Source: Octopus bimaculoides
Taxonomy: Eukaryota
Length of the DNA stretch: 64,000 nucleotides
Assembly: GCF_001194135.2 (NCBI RefSeq)
Contig: NC_068996.1
Span: 33,190,742 to 33,254,741 of the forward strand
Reading direction: 5' to 3'
How positions within the stretch are numbered: the first letter of the stretch is position 1; each line of letters starts with the position of its first letter. The notes beneath the pieces were generated by a model that saw nothing but the letters and a program-made list of their open reading frames with translations, was not told where the DNA came from and made no database searches. Positions 13,235-24,284 of this stretch are shown here, in pieces. Position numbers and translations under genes: made by a program.

Positions 13235-14520
13235 TTTATCTGCAAATGGACAGAGATTTAAAGATGTGTTACTCAAAGCCTTCAATGAAATAGAAGGTGA
13301 TATAGCATCACATAATGTGGAAGACAATTGGATGTTTCTACGGGACAACCTGCTGAGGGCCACTGACCAGATCTGTGGATGGTGCAAAGTCCCCTCTTGA
13401 CCCAAAGTAACGTGGTAGTGGAATAATGTGGTTGACAGAGCTATTAGACAAAAGAAACAGGCTTGGAAGGACTGGAAGAACGGTGGTAGCAGGGAATTGT
13501 ATCAGACTGCCAGAAGGGAAGCTAAGCGACAGGTTTATTTAGCCAGAGGCGAAGCAGATATGAAAAAAATTGCCAATGTTCTGTGCCGTGAGGACTAAAG
13601 ACTTGAAGTATTTTGTGTTGCAAGACAATGTGATGTCGTAGGAGAGAAATGTGAGAAAGCCTTTGACAGGGTCCCCCGATCCCTTATCTGGTGGTCAATG
13701 AAGAAACTAGGGATAGAAGAATGGTTAGTGAGAGCTGTGCGAGCCATGTACAGAGACACTGTCAGTAAGGTGAGGGTTGGCAATGAGTACAGTGAAGAAT
13801 TCCGGGTAGAGGTAGGGGTCCACCAAGGTTCTGTCCTCAGCCCCTCCTATTTATCATAGTCCTCCAGGCGATAACGGAGGAATTCAAGACAGGATGCCCC
13901 TGGGAGCTCCTCTATGCTGATGACCTTGCACTAATTGCTGAGTCACTATCAGAACTAGAAGAGAAGTTTCAGGTNNNNNNNNNNNNNNNNNNNNNNNNNN
14001 NNNNNNNNNNNNNNNNNNNNNNNNNNNNNNNNNNNNNNNNNNNNNNNNNNNNNNNNNNNNNNNNNNNNNNNNNNNNNNNNNNNNNNNNNNNNNNNNNNNN
14101 NNNNNNNNNNNNNNNNNNNNNNNNNNNNNNNNNNNNNNNNNNNNNNGGTGTAGGTAGAAACTCTATAAGGTGTACCCAGTGCAAGCTATGGACACATAAG
14201 AGGTGCAGCAATATCAAAGGCAGGTTAACTAGGAAGTTAATTTTTGGTATGTGGCAGATGTTCAGGTGCAATAAACACTGAAAATGTGCAGAAAACAACT
14301 TCTGCCACATTCCAGGGAGAAAAACTAGACGTAGTTGATAGCTTCCGCTATCTGGGTGACCAAGTTAGTAGTGGGGGAGGGTGCTCTGAAAGTGTAGCTG
14401 CTAGAATAAGAATAGCCTGGGCAAAGTTCAGAGAGCTCTTACCTTTGCTGGTTACAAAGGGCCTCTCACTTAAAGTAAAAGGTAGACTGTATGACGCATG
14501 TGTACGAACAGCCAACTTCT
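13235..14520 (+). mobile_element. RTE-type LINE internal fragment with an internal deletion and an N-gap
   Basis: DNWMFLRDNLL, EKAFDRVP, HQGSVLSP, LYADDLALIA, GEKLDVVDSFRYLG. About 600 bp of the family is missing at 13652/13653. Confidence 0.9.
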
Positions 14521-15129
14521 AGAAAGTTGAACTGTAGAAGTGTGTGATAATGTTGATAGTTATGGTAGTGGTAGTTGAGGTGTGGTGGTAGTGTTGTTGT
14601 TGGTGGTGTTGTGGTGGTGATGCCGTGGGATGATGATACTTGTGTAATCCTAAATTACCTTGATGCAGGAAATATATGACACCTATATAATCTGCTAATG
14701 AAATGACTGTGATCAGCTGATTTACTGTACCAGATATTATATAACCTCAGCAACTTCTTAATAGGACACTTCATAGTGCTGAGCCCTACACAAACAGGCA
14801 CGCTGTGTTTCACCCTTGATGCAACATCTATCTCTATATTACTAACACTACAATCATCATTGTGTCTAAGTCACAATACCACATTACCCAGAACATCTGT
14901 TGTACATTATACAACCATACATATTGTCTCATTTGCAAACTTTGCAGTGTACTTTTATATCTTCCTTTTTATCTTACTCTTAGTCAAGTTCAGCTGTCAC
15001 TTGGCTACCCTTCTAGACAATTTGTAATGCCCCTTACTACCCACTTTCTTTCAGATTTTCCAAGCTTGTATCTAAGCTTAACTGCTCTATCAACCTTATC
15101 ATTCCACCATCAAATCAGTTTCAGTTTGA

Positions 15130-16080
15130 CTGGGACTTTTCTCCAGCCACATATTTGATCTGTAGCCCTAAGTATGTTATTTTGTATAAATTCCCAGTTG
15201 TTACAGGTATCTATATTTTCTTCTCTAGTCAAAGCTTATTTGTAATTGCTGGGTCTTTTAGTTTCCAAATGTTTGTTCTCCATGTCATCTTTCATTTTTG
15301 TCTGCCTAGCTCTGATTCTGAGTTCACTAACAATTAATCTATGCTGTGAAGTGTATCCTTTGCTAGGAAAAGTTTTGGTATTTACAATAATCCGTCTGTC
15401 CCGTTTCCTGGTGTGTATAAAATCTATTTGACTTGAGTACTTGCCAGATTGGTAAGCAATGAGGTGGTTGGCTGGTTTTTTTAAAGTGTACAGTGCAAAT
15501 TGTTAGATCAGTTACATTACAGACTTTCATGAACCTTACACCCTCCATTCATGAATCATGTCATGTATGTTCACAGAGGTCATCATTGTGTTTGTCAACA
15601 TGTCCACTGAAGTCACCAACCACAATAGTGAAGTTGCTGTCAATTGTTATTGACATAGTCTGCAGAAGGGTCTCACCAAAACATTTGGAAACTAAAAGCA
15701 TATGAGCTGCTTGTAACTAGTTTCATCTTAATTATCCTATTGCACAACCTAACAACTTTAATGACTTTCTCAATCTATTTCTCAGTTAACAGCATGCCTA
15801 CTCCACACTTATTGTCACTATAACAGCTTGTATTGCTGTCTCTAACCAGTGAGGAGTTTGATTGAAGATCCTTTCCACCTCACCCCTTTTACACATTCAC
15901 TCATATCTTTTATCACATCTACATTGATGGTTGCAGCCCCAAATATTTGAAAGCTGCAGAAAGAAGGCAAAGGCTGTTTGAATGTTAGTTCATTACTGTT
16001 TGATGACATCTGAACTTTTGAGGGATACAAAAAGTTATGGCACAGTTTGCCAGATTTGTGGCACAGTTGGTAGATTTACA
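15130..16080 (-). mobile_element. Highly degenerate RTE endonuclease-region fragment
   Basis: Minus strand: FMKVCN...FKKPANHLIAYQSG...QIDFIHTRKRDRR, then an IWKLKDP-like segment. Confidence 0.7.
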
Positions 16081-17282
16081 CACCTGACTCCATTTATCTT
16101 CTCAGTAATTTATTCATTCTTCAACACTCAATAAGCAGTAAATATTCCTATTGCCATTAACATTATCAATGTTATGCATCTTTTTATTAGTATCATTGGC
16201 AGGATACTGATATAGAGGGGCACAGTGGGGATACCTTCATCTGGTCTATGAGGCATATGATCTCTGTGGTATACAGTCACAGAGGTTGGGAGTTTAGACT
16301 TTTATTTATCAGAGGAAAGTAGAAAAGACTCCCAATATAGGTGATGGGATAGGATTGGGTGGGTGCATTGCAAGCAAGCACCAAACTTCCATGAGAGAGA
16401 AGAAATATTAATAGTAAAAATATTAATATTAAAGAGAACAGGGCCATATTAAAGTTAAAGAGAAAGCAGCTGTAACACATTAGAATCCAAAGTAGTGAAT
16501 GAACATGATAAAAATGAAAAGATTAGAAAATAGAGATTTGGTGCTTATCTTGACTTTTTTGTTGTTGTTTTCTTTTTAATCATATATGAATATCTGATTA
16601 GAATAGAGTGCCCAAATTGATATACTTCATAGGACTTGTAGCATATAAAAGGAAAAATTAGATATTATTTTTCTAAAGTAAAAGTAAATGGTTACCAAAA
16701 TGCTGTGACCTTTTTCTCTATCTAAATTTATAAGTAAAATTATTAGATTGTTGAACAAAAGGCAATACAGTGTATGTTCTGACTGTTTACTTTTTGAATC
16801 AAGGTCAACTAAATTTTTTTCCCACTACATTTGTAGACTTGTTCTTATGATTATTGACCTTTTTGATACCAACCTATCTGAGATCATCCTTGATTCTATG
16901 ATATAAACTTTTTTAAAACTAACCTAAATTAAACCTTCCATCAAAATTTCATGTTAATTCATTCTCTAAACACCAGCTTAACAATGTCAGAAGTTATTTT
17001 GTTACATTTTTCATTATTTTCAAAATTAAATGGAAAAAAAAAAAGGTCAATAATTCTATTTCATATAAGGAATAGATTAGTGCTCATGGTTTATCTAATT
17101 TTATGGATGTTTATTCCCTTGAAATATGTTTAAGACAACAAAAAGAATCAAGTCTATCTTTGTACACAGGTTGCTAATTAAGAGAAATCACTGAAGAGTT
17201 ACAAAAAAGCCAACATGTTTATATATAAATGGCTGTTGTGTGTTACTAATCAACTGGATGGTCTTTTTTGTGAAACAGTTAG

Positions 17283-17331
17283 AATTTTGCTGTTGAACCA
17301 GTAACTATGACATTTCTTTTATCTGAGAATG
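17283..17331 (+). CDS. Candidate small exon of an unidentified gene (NFAVEPVTMTFLLSEN)
   Basis: AG...GT bounded and open. Its phase-1 donor fits the 18036-18202 acceptor, but the acceptor is weak and no homologue was recognised. Confidence 0.2.
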
Positions 17332-18035
17332 GTAACGTAGCTCAGAAAGAACTAAACCTTTTAACGTCTGTTCTCAAGTTACACTATAATTGAAAAAATA
17401 AGACAAACAACAATTTTCAGATAAATTTACTGAGATAAGCAAATGTGACTTCATTATATACACAGTAAACATTTGTAGTAGAAACTGAAGTTAGTTCTAT
17501 AATAGTTGCTTGTTGCTAGTCAACAATGCATAGTTGCACCAGCTAATCTTTAATTTCAAATGTTTTGATAGAGATATTGAATAATTCAAGGCTGTATCTT
17601 AATTCATAACACTGTTAGCTAATCCACAACTCTTTCCTGAAACTCATAATTTTCTTAAATTAATACATGGCTACAACTAACTTGTGTTGATATTAAATAA
17701 TCCACAAGTCTATGCACCACATAGACCATAATGGTCCTATTTAATAGATAATTACACTAGCTAAGGTATAATTATACAAATTACTCTTAAGCAACTAATC
17801 TACATCTGTTGTGAAGACAAGAAGAATTTTATACACCTCATTATGACCTCAGCAGACACTTGTGATGTCATGATGTCACTTTAAAGATCATTTTAGAAAA
17901 AATTTCGTTTACCAAAGATGGCAGAGAATAATCTTGTTGAAAGAGACAAGAAATCTTCACCATCTCTCATGCAAGAAGTATATTATGATATCATATTAAT
18001 TGTCTTTGACTTTCATTCATTTATGTTACTTTCAG

Positions 18036-18202
18036 CTTTAAACTACTGGAATATTTTAAGGCAGTTTGGTTGTGATATTGGATATAACAAACAAGATGTG
18101 CCTATAATACCTGACACCAATTTATATTTGCCTTTTAAATTCAAACCACATATCACATGTTCAACCATAACTGTATTACAAAGATATGTTGACAATTTAA
18201 AG
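18036..18202 (+). CDS. Candidate exon of an unidentified gene (LNYWNILRQFGCDIGYNKQDVPIIPDTNLYLPFKFKPHITCSTITVLQRYVDNLK)
   Basis: Strong pyrimidine-rich acceptor (TTATGTTACTTTCAG), AAG|GT donor, non-repetitive context, inside a 147-codon open frame (17918-18361). Product not recognised. Confidence 0.35.
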
Positions 18203-18789
18203 GTGTTCTTTTTCATAGCATTTATTACAACAAATATCATCACCTTTATTCCATATTTTATTCCAAAGGAATATAGATTTCGAAAGGTATTTGCACTGAC
18301 AGTTATTAAATATTCACTTTATGTATCACTTATAATTCTGCTATGTTGGTCACACTGGTGAAGGAAAATAAAAATTCAGTGCGAATTAATAATTCTTTAG
18401 AAATGTTATAAGTCAGATAATATTTAAAAGAATGCAAAGAAAAAACAGAAATTAGCTCTGTGGATTTAACCGTACAAGACATTTTGAAATGAATTATTAA
18501 GTATCTTCTTTATATGCTCCATTAAGAATAATTAAAAGAATAGTAAATACTCAAATGTTGTTAACTGTTTTCAATTCAGGAAACATTTATCAGTCTAAAA
18601 ACATTGTTTTTCGCATCATTTAAAATCATCTATACAAAATAATAGCATTATATCATACTAGACAGTGTAGACTAATAATTGCTTTCTTTTAGTAACAGTT
18701 GTATGCTCCCAATTAATTACTAAGCAGCTTTCTTCATTATAGTATAGATATCAACCAACCAGCAACAACATGAATTATGTGTGTGAGTG

Positions 18790-20026
18790 TGTGATATAAA
18801 TGAACTGTGGCAGAGACCCCAATCTAGACAAGTGTGACTGCATTACTCAGACTATCCTGACCAAAATGAAGTCACTTTGCTCAGCTTCTTAGCAACTCTT
18901 CTTACAGAATGTCACTGAAACAGCTTTTGCCAATCCCTTCCCTTTCAATACCATACAGACAGCATCATTTCCATGCTTCTAACCTAAATAGCAAGAGCTA
19001 CAAATGGTAGACTGTGATAGTTCTAAGAGAATATATCACTCTAGTAATTAAATACTCTACATTAACTATAGTAGATATTAGAGAGAAAAACATGATATAC
19101 TGGTAGCATAGTAGTTCCTGAAATACAACTACTCTATGAATAGATACTCCAAACAAATCTACTCTACCTCTTCTTTCTACCACAATGTGACCAGTATGAT
19201 ACTACAATGTAAGTGCCCTTCTGAGAAGTTGTTAGACGTGGTTCTACAGCTGTAATGAAAGCGATCTGTCTAGGACACAACTCTCTAGCAACTGTTCAAA
19301 ATAGAACTCTGAATAAAATTCTACACAGGGAAACACAAACTTAGCAGGTTGTAGAGAAGACAAACCTATCTGGAAGAGAATTACATATGAATAAAATTCT
19401 ACATCAAAAAAATGTGGACTCAGTAAGCTGAAATGAAAGCAATCTATACAGGAAGGCAATAACTCTAAATAAAAACTATATACAGGGAGGCAATAACACT
19501 AAATAAAAACTAAGTGTAGATGGGATATTTTTATTTTTGTTAGAAAGCCTCTCTTATGAGGATGGCATGATAAAATGCACTCAATCCATACAAAAGTGGT
19601 TTGTGATAAGAAGGGCAACTAGCTTTAAAAAAAAGAAAAAATGTGTAGAAACGACAATCAAATATAGTTGAAAGCTCTATTTGCATATACAGGGTTACAC
19701 CTTGTTAAGGATGCAAATAGGGTAGACAGATTGTTGGCAGAAAGTAGGCGTTCAGAAAAAATGACAATAATTAAGAATAGATTAGTTGTCATAAGCAAAG
19801 CAACAGCAACAGTGATCTCTGCATACACACCACAATCAAGACTGACAGATGAGCAAAAGGACCAATTATTTATGTCCTTTTTCAAATTATCTAAATAATA
19901 GATGGCAGCTACTCCTTTATCGTAGCTTATGACTTCAATGAACAAATAAAACATTGTGAAAGCTAAACTGATATACATGGAGGCTACATTTATGACATGA
20001 AGTGAAGAGAAATGAAAGCCCTAGAA
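18790..20026 (+). mobile_element. Very old RTE remnants (RT C-terminus, then endonuclease pieces)
   Basis: The 19668-19898 ORF has ATVISAYTPQSRLTDEQKDQ (APE region). 19200-19440 resembles the SESVAARIRI...KGRLY segment. Confidence 0.6.
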
Positions 20027-22185
20027 CAGGGGTTCTCAACCATTTTTTACTTGTGGATCCCTTTGATTCCTATTTTATAACAACTAAATTCTATGGAAAA
20101 TGAATGTTTACAAATAAAATGAGTCATAAATAAACAAGGACATATTCATTAAAAGAAGACTACTTTAGTGCTACTTTATTTAATGCGAGCCTTGTGGTTG
20201 ATACTGCTCTTCTAGTTTTGCAATATTTGGCTCCACCAATGTCAATGATAATCAAAGATCACCTCTTTCTACAATGCCAAGTTGAGTACGAGCTTTTGAA
20301 AGTAAGTTAGTAACACAGCTGAAATCATATTCAACAAGGTAAGATGAAAGAAAAGCAGTAAAGTACAATTGCGCTTTCTTCCAGAGTAATAGATACTTTG
20401 TAACAGTGTCATTACTTTTCCATACGTTATGTTCCTCATCTTTAAAATCTTGCCTGAGATATTTCATCATTCTGCAATTCAATGAGCTTCTCCTGCAAAC
20501 AGATATCTATATCAGCAACATTAACTTCAAAAGGAAGTGTCACCCAACGTGGTATATTTAACTTCAGTAGGTCATTAAACTGAGCTTGCATATCAACAAC
20601 ATGCAAATTACTATTAATTGATTCCAAACTAAGAAACTAATAATACACAATTTACAATATTCATTTTCTAGAGCAGTACTTTCCCTAGAAAAAGCAGTAA
20701 TAGCTCTTTTGGATGATATGAGATCTGAGCTTTCTCCTTGAAGCTGTTTATTAAACAAATTAATTTTATCAAATATATCTGATAAATAAAATATATCACA
20801 TTTAGCTGCAACCATCTGTTGGCCAAGATTGTTGTTAGCTAGAAATGAAACAAGTGTCCCAAAATGCAACAAAACTCTTAAACAATTACCTTTTGATAAC
20901 CATCTCACCTCTGTGTGAGTTACAGGGCAGATTGCAGAATTCATGAAAGATGTGGTCTTGTAAAGAATTTCATTTAATATATTTAAGTGCTTAAGAAGAT
21001 ACACCAAGCCAAGTGAAATCGTAGTTGTAGCCAGTGCTGGTGACACATAACAGCTTCAGTGCTGGTGACACATAACAGCTTCTGTGCTGGTGATACATAA
21101 AAATACCCATGCAGGTGACACATAAAAGCAGCCATGCTGGTTACACGTAAAAAGCACACATTACACTCTTGGAGTAGTTGGCATTAGGAAGGACATCCAG
21201 CCATAAAAACCAAACCAAATTCAGACTGGAACTTGGTGTAGTTCTCTGGCTTACCAGCTCTAGTCAAGCTGTCCAACCCATGCCAGCATAGAAATCAGAT
21301 GTTAAATGATGATGATAATGATGAACTTTTATTACAATACTAAGAGCATCTTGCAGACATTCATTTAATTGTTTTGCAACTAAGTGTTGCTATTGTATTA
21401 CATAGTTTATGTAAAATCCTTCAAGGCACAGCATTTTTCAAATAAGCAATAAAACCCCTTTTCCTGCTAATCATGGATGGAGTACTGTCATTAGCACAAT
21501 AATGTTTCTAAGGGAAATATTATTTTTCTTGAAATAGGTTACAACTTTTTTGAAAATTGTTTTGCCTTTAGTGTTTGTTTTAAGATGTCTGGCAAAATTC
21601 ATTTCCTCTCTGAATCCATTACCATCCAAAAATGGAACATATGCCAATAAATTAGCTTTATCTCCCAGGGTAGATTTATTAGGTTGAAGACGAAGTTTCT
21701 GTACTTGGAATTTGGCTATTAATTGCTTTTCAACATCCTTAGCCATTTCATCAATGCACTGTAACACTGATCATACTAGTAATTTCATTAGCATTTTGTT
21801 TCATCAGTGATGAAATTATGACACATACCAAAGGTAAAATTAGTTTCACCAATATCATAGAGTTTCCCAGCCTTTGCTATAACTTTATAAATTTCATAGG
21901 ATGTCAGTAAACCATTATTATTTTTACATAATTGGTTACTAAATAACTGATTCACCATTTTCCTTGCTTGAAATTCATTGCACAATTTTCTAAAATATTC
22001 TACAGAATTGTTTTTCTTGCCTTCAAGTTTAGTCTCCAAATGGATTTTAAGCTTGTGTTATCATTTTGGCTTCATGTTATCATTTGACAGCACATCCATA
22101 CATACAGGATGCATTGGTTTCACTTCATACTGTGGCAATGGATTAAAGCTATAAGACAGAAAACTGTCAGCATTTTTTCTTAGTC
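20027..22185 (-). mobile_element. hAT transposon of the Buster/Charlie (ZBED5/FAM200-like) group, degenerate
   Basis: TIR CAGGGGTTCTCAACC at 20027, preceded by CCCTAGAA (fits the Buster nnnTAnnn target). Minus-strand fragments: zf-BED-like start, LQPNKSTL (LQLDEST), HTEVRWLSKG, YLSDIFDKIN, YLVEYDFS, RGDL. The other TIR was not found. Confidence 0.9.
20995..21325 (+). mobile_element. RTE 3'UTR fragment inserted in the hAT element
   Basis: About 25-nt GTGCTGGTGACACATAA repeats, then TTGGCATTAGGAAGGACATCCAG...(GAT)n, the family's 3' end. Confidence 0.85.
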
Positions 22186-22190
22186 AGAGG

Positions 22191-24006
22191 GGTGGAATTC
22201 TGGTTTAAGCTCCCATAACGTTTTCATTCTTCACAATTCTCGGAAAATTTTTGTGAATTTGTCTTCTACACACAGGGGTTCATAAGATTATGCAAAAGAA
22301 AACAAAATTTTTTGTGTGATTTAAGGGCAACTTAGCTGTTGTTCTTAGCACATCCCACAACCATCTTCCTTGTTTCTTTGTCACTCTGATATGTATTGAT
22401 GTTTTTCAATATTTTTCTCCCTATAAACACATTCAATGGAATGATGATGCACCCAAGAGTGGTCCATTAAGCAAAAAATTCAGACTGTTCATATTTTAAA
22501 CTCTATTTTAAAAAATATTTGGAAAAAGTGAAAATTTTAGGATTTGTTTTTTTTTTTTTTTTAATTTATTTTTCCATAATCATATGAATTCCCATCTGTA
22601 GAACACAAATTCACAAAAATTTTCTGAAATATTAAAAAAAATAGAAACAGAAGTGACTCCAGGTCATCAGCGTCAATCAGGCTCATCATAGATTTCACAT
22701 AAGAAATGCCTGCTCAAAGAATTTCACATTTTTCTGCTTTATTTCTAGCACTAAATGGCTTATTTTTTTATATCTAGCATTATGTCGTTCTCCATTTCTA
22801 AGTTAAGGGTAAAAATAAAGCAATCCTGCAAAACACAACTGATGCACAGAATAACAGCAATCAAATAATGATGGCAGAGTGCACAACAAATATCAGCGAT
22901 CTATAAGTGCAGGAGTGGCTGTGTGGTAAGTAGCTTGCTCACCAACCACATGGTTCCGGGTTCAGTCCCACTGCGTGGCACCTTGGACAAGTGTCTTCTA
23001 CTATAGCCTCAGGCCGACCAAAGCCTTGTGAGTGGATTTGGTAGACAGAAACTGAAAGAAGCCCGTCGTATATATGTATATATAAATGTATGTATGTATA
23101 TGTTTGTGTGTTTGTGTCTGTCCCCCCAACATCGCTTGACAACTGATGGTGGTGTGTTTACGTCCCCGTAACTTAGCGGTTCGGCAAATGAGACCGATAG
23201 AATAAGTACTAGGCTTCCAAAGAATAAATCCTGGGGTCGATTTGCTCAACTGAAGGCGGTGCTCTAACATGGCCACAGTCAAAAGACTGAAACAAGTAAA
23301 AGAGTAAAAGAGATCTGGTTGTTGCTTGTCCTCTTGACAAGAGATGCCAGTTAGTCTTTTACACCTACCAGACTTGTTCATATTAGCCCGAGTTGCTGGA
23401 TAATCTTTTGTTCCTTAAAGAATATTGTAGAACAGAAACTTTTCATAGATTGGAATTTAAATCCTAATCTCTATAAAAATTTATTGTTTCAAGAAAACAT
23501 TGAATTTGAATTACTTTTAATTTTTATGATTATAGATTACAACTTGGGCTGAAACTCTGAGCCAGAGTCAGGTGCATGTGAACAATGTCAAGAAAATGTC
23601 TGTTACAAATGATATTTTTTGACACAATGCACCTCTAAGATGACCACCAGACACTCAATGAAAATAAATGAACTGCAACGAGGCTTAATAAAAGGAGCCT
23701 GAGTTATTGGCTGCTATTACATACTTGAAGTCAGTGTTGGCAGAAATTAAATCAGCTTGCAAATACACATTCACTTTACTAAATTAATACTTGGTCTAAG
23801 CTCGAACAGCCCAAGTGCTGGAGTCACCACTGAATAAAAACCATGACCATATACTACCTTCATTTCCACACTTCTTTGAATTTCCATTTTTAAATCAAAG
23901 TTTAAAATATGGACAATCCAAATTTTTTGAACACAAATTCACAAAAATTTCCTGAAAATTCCAGGAAATTTTTGTGAATATGGGATGCTTAAACCAGAAT
24001 CCCACC
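22191..24006. mobile_element. Unclassified non-autonomous TIR element (~1.8 kb) with a target duplication
   Basis: The left end GGTGGAATTCTGGTTTAAGCTCCCATA is the near reverse complement of the right end TATGGGATGCTTAAACCAGAATCCCACC. AGAGG is duplicated on both flanks. The subterminal GAAATTTTTGTGAA motif is repeated. Confidence 0.8.
22906..23312 (+). mobile_element. tRNA-derived SINE family A, full length
   Basis: A box TGGCTGTGTGG, B box GGTTCAGTCCC, internal TA/TG microsatellite, 3' GTAAAAGAG tandem tail. Closely matches 45026-45425. Confidence 0.9.
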
Positions 24007-24029
24007 AGAGGGGTGAATTTCTTCAGCAT

Positions 24030-24240
24030 ACATGTAAAGAGAAATGTTTAAAGCAGTTTTATGAAACTTTTCCTTGAAGTAAACTATATCCCAAATTAGT
24101 ATACTTTGCTAGAAGATATGCCATCATGTTTGATAGTATGTATAAAAACAAATATTTTTCTAGAATAAAAATGAGTTGAAAATTGGGTCAACATCTTAAA
24201 GACAATTTATGAGGTCCAACATCATAAATAACTGTAAAAA
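24030..24240 (+). mobile_element. Short hAT C-terminal (dimerisation-domain) remnant
   Basis: Reads YPKLVYFARRYAIMFDSMY...FSRIK...QHLKD, resembling the FA..YASMFGSTY.CE..FS.MK motif of GTF2IRD2-type hAT transposases. Confidence 0.5.
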
Positions 24241-24284
24241 TTGGGAAAAAGAAAAAAAAAATACGATGCCAAGTTTTCCACTTA

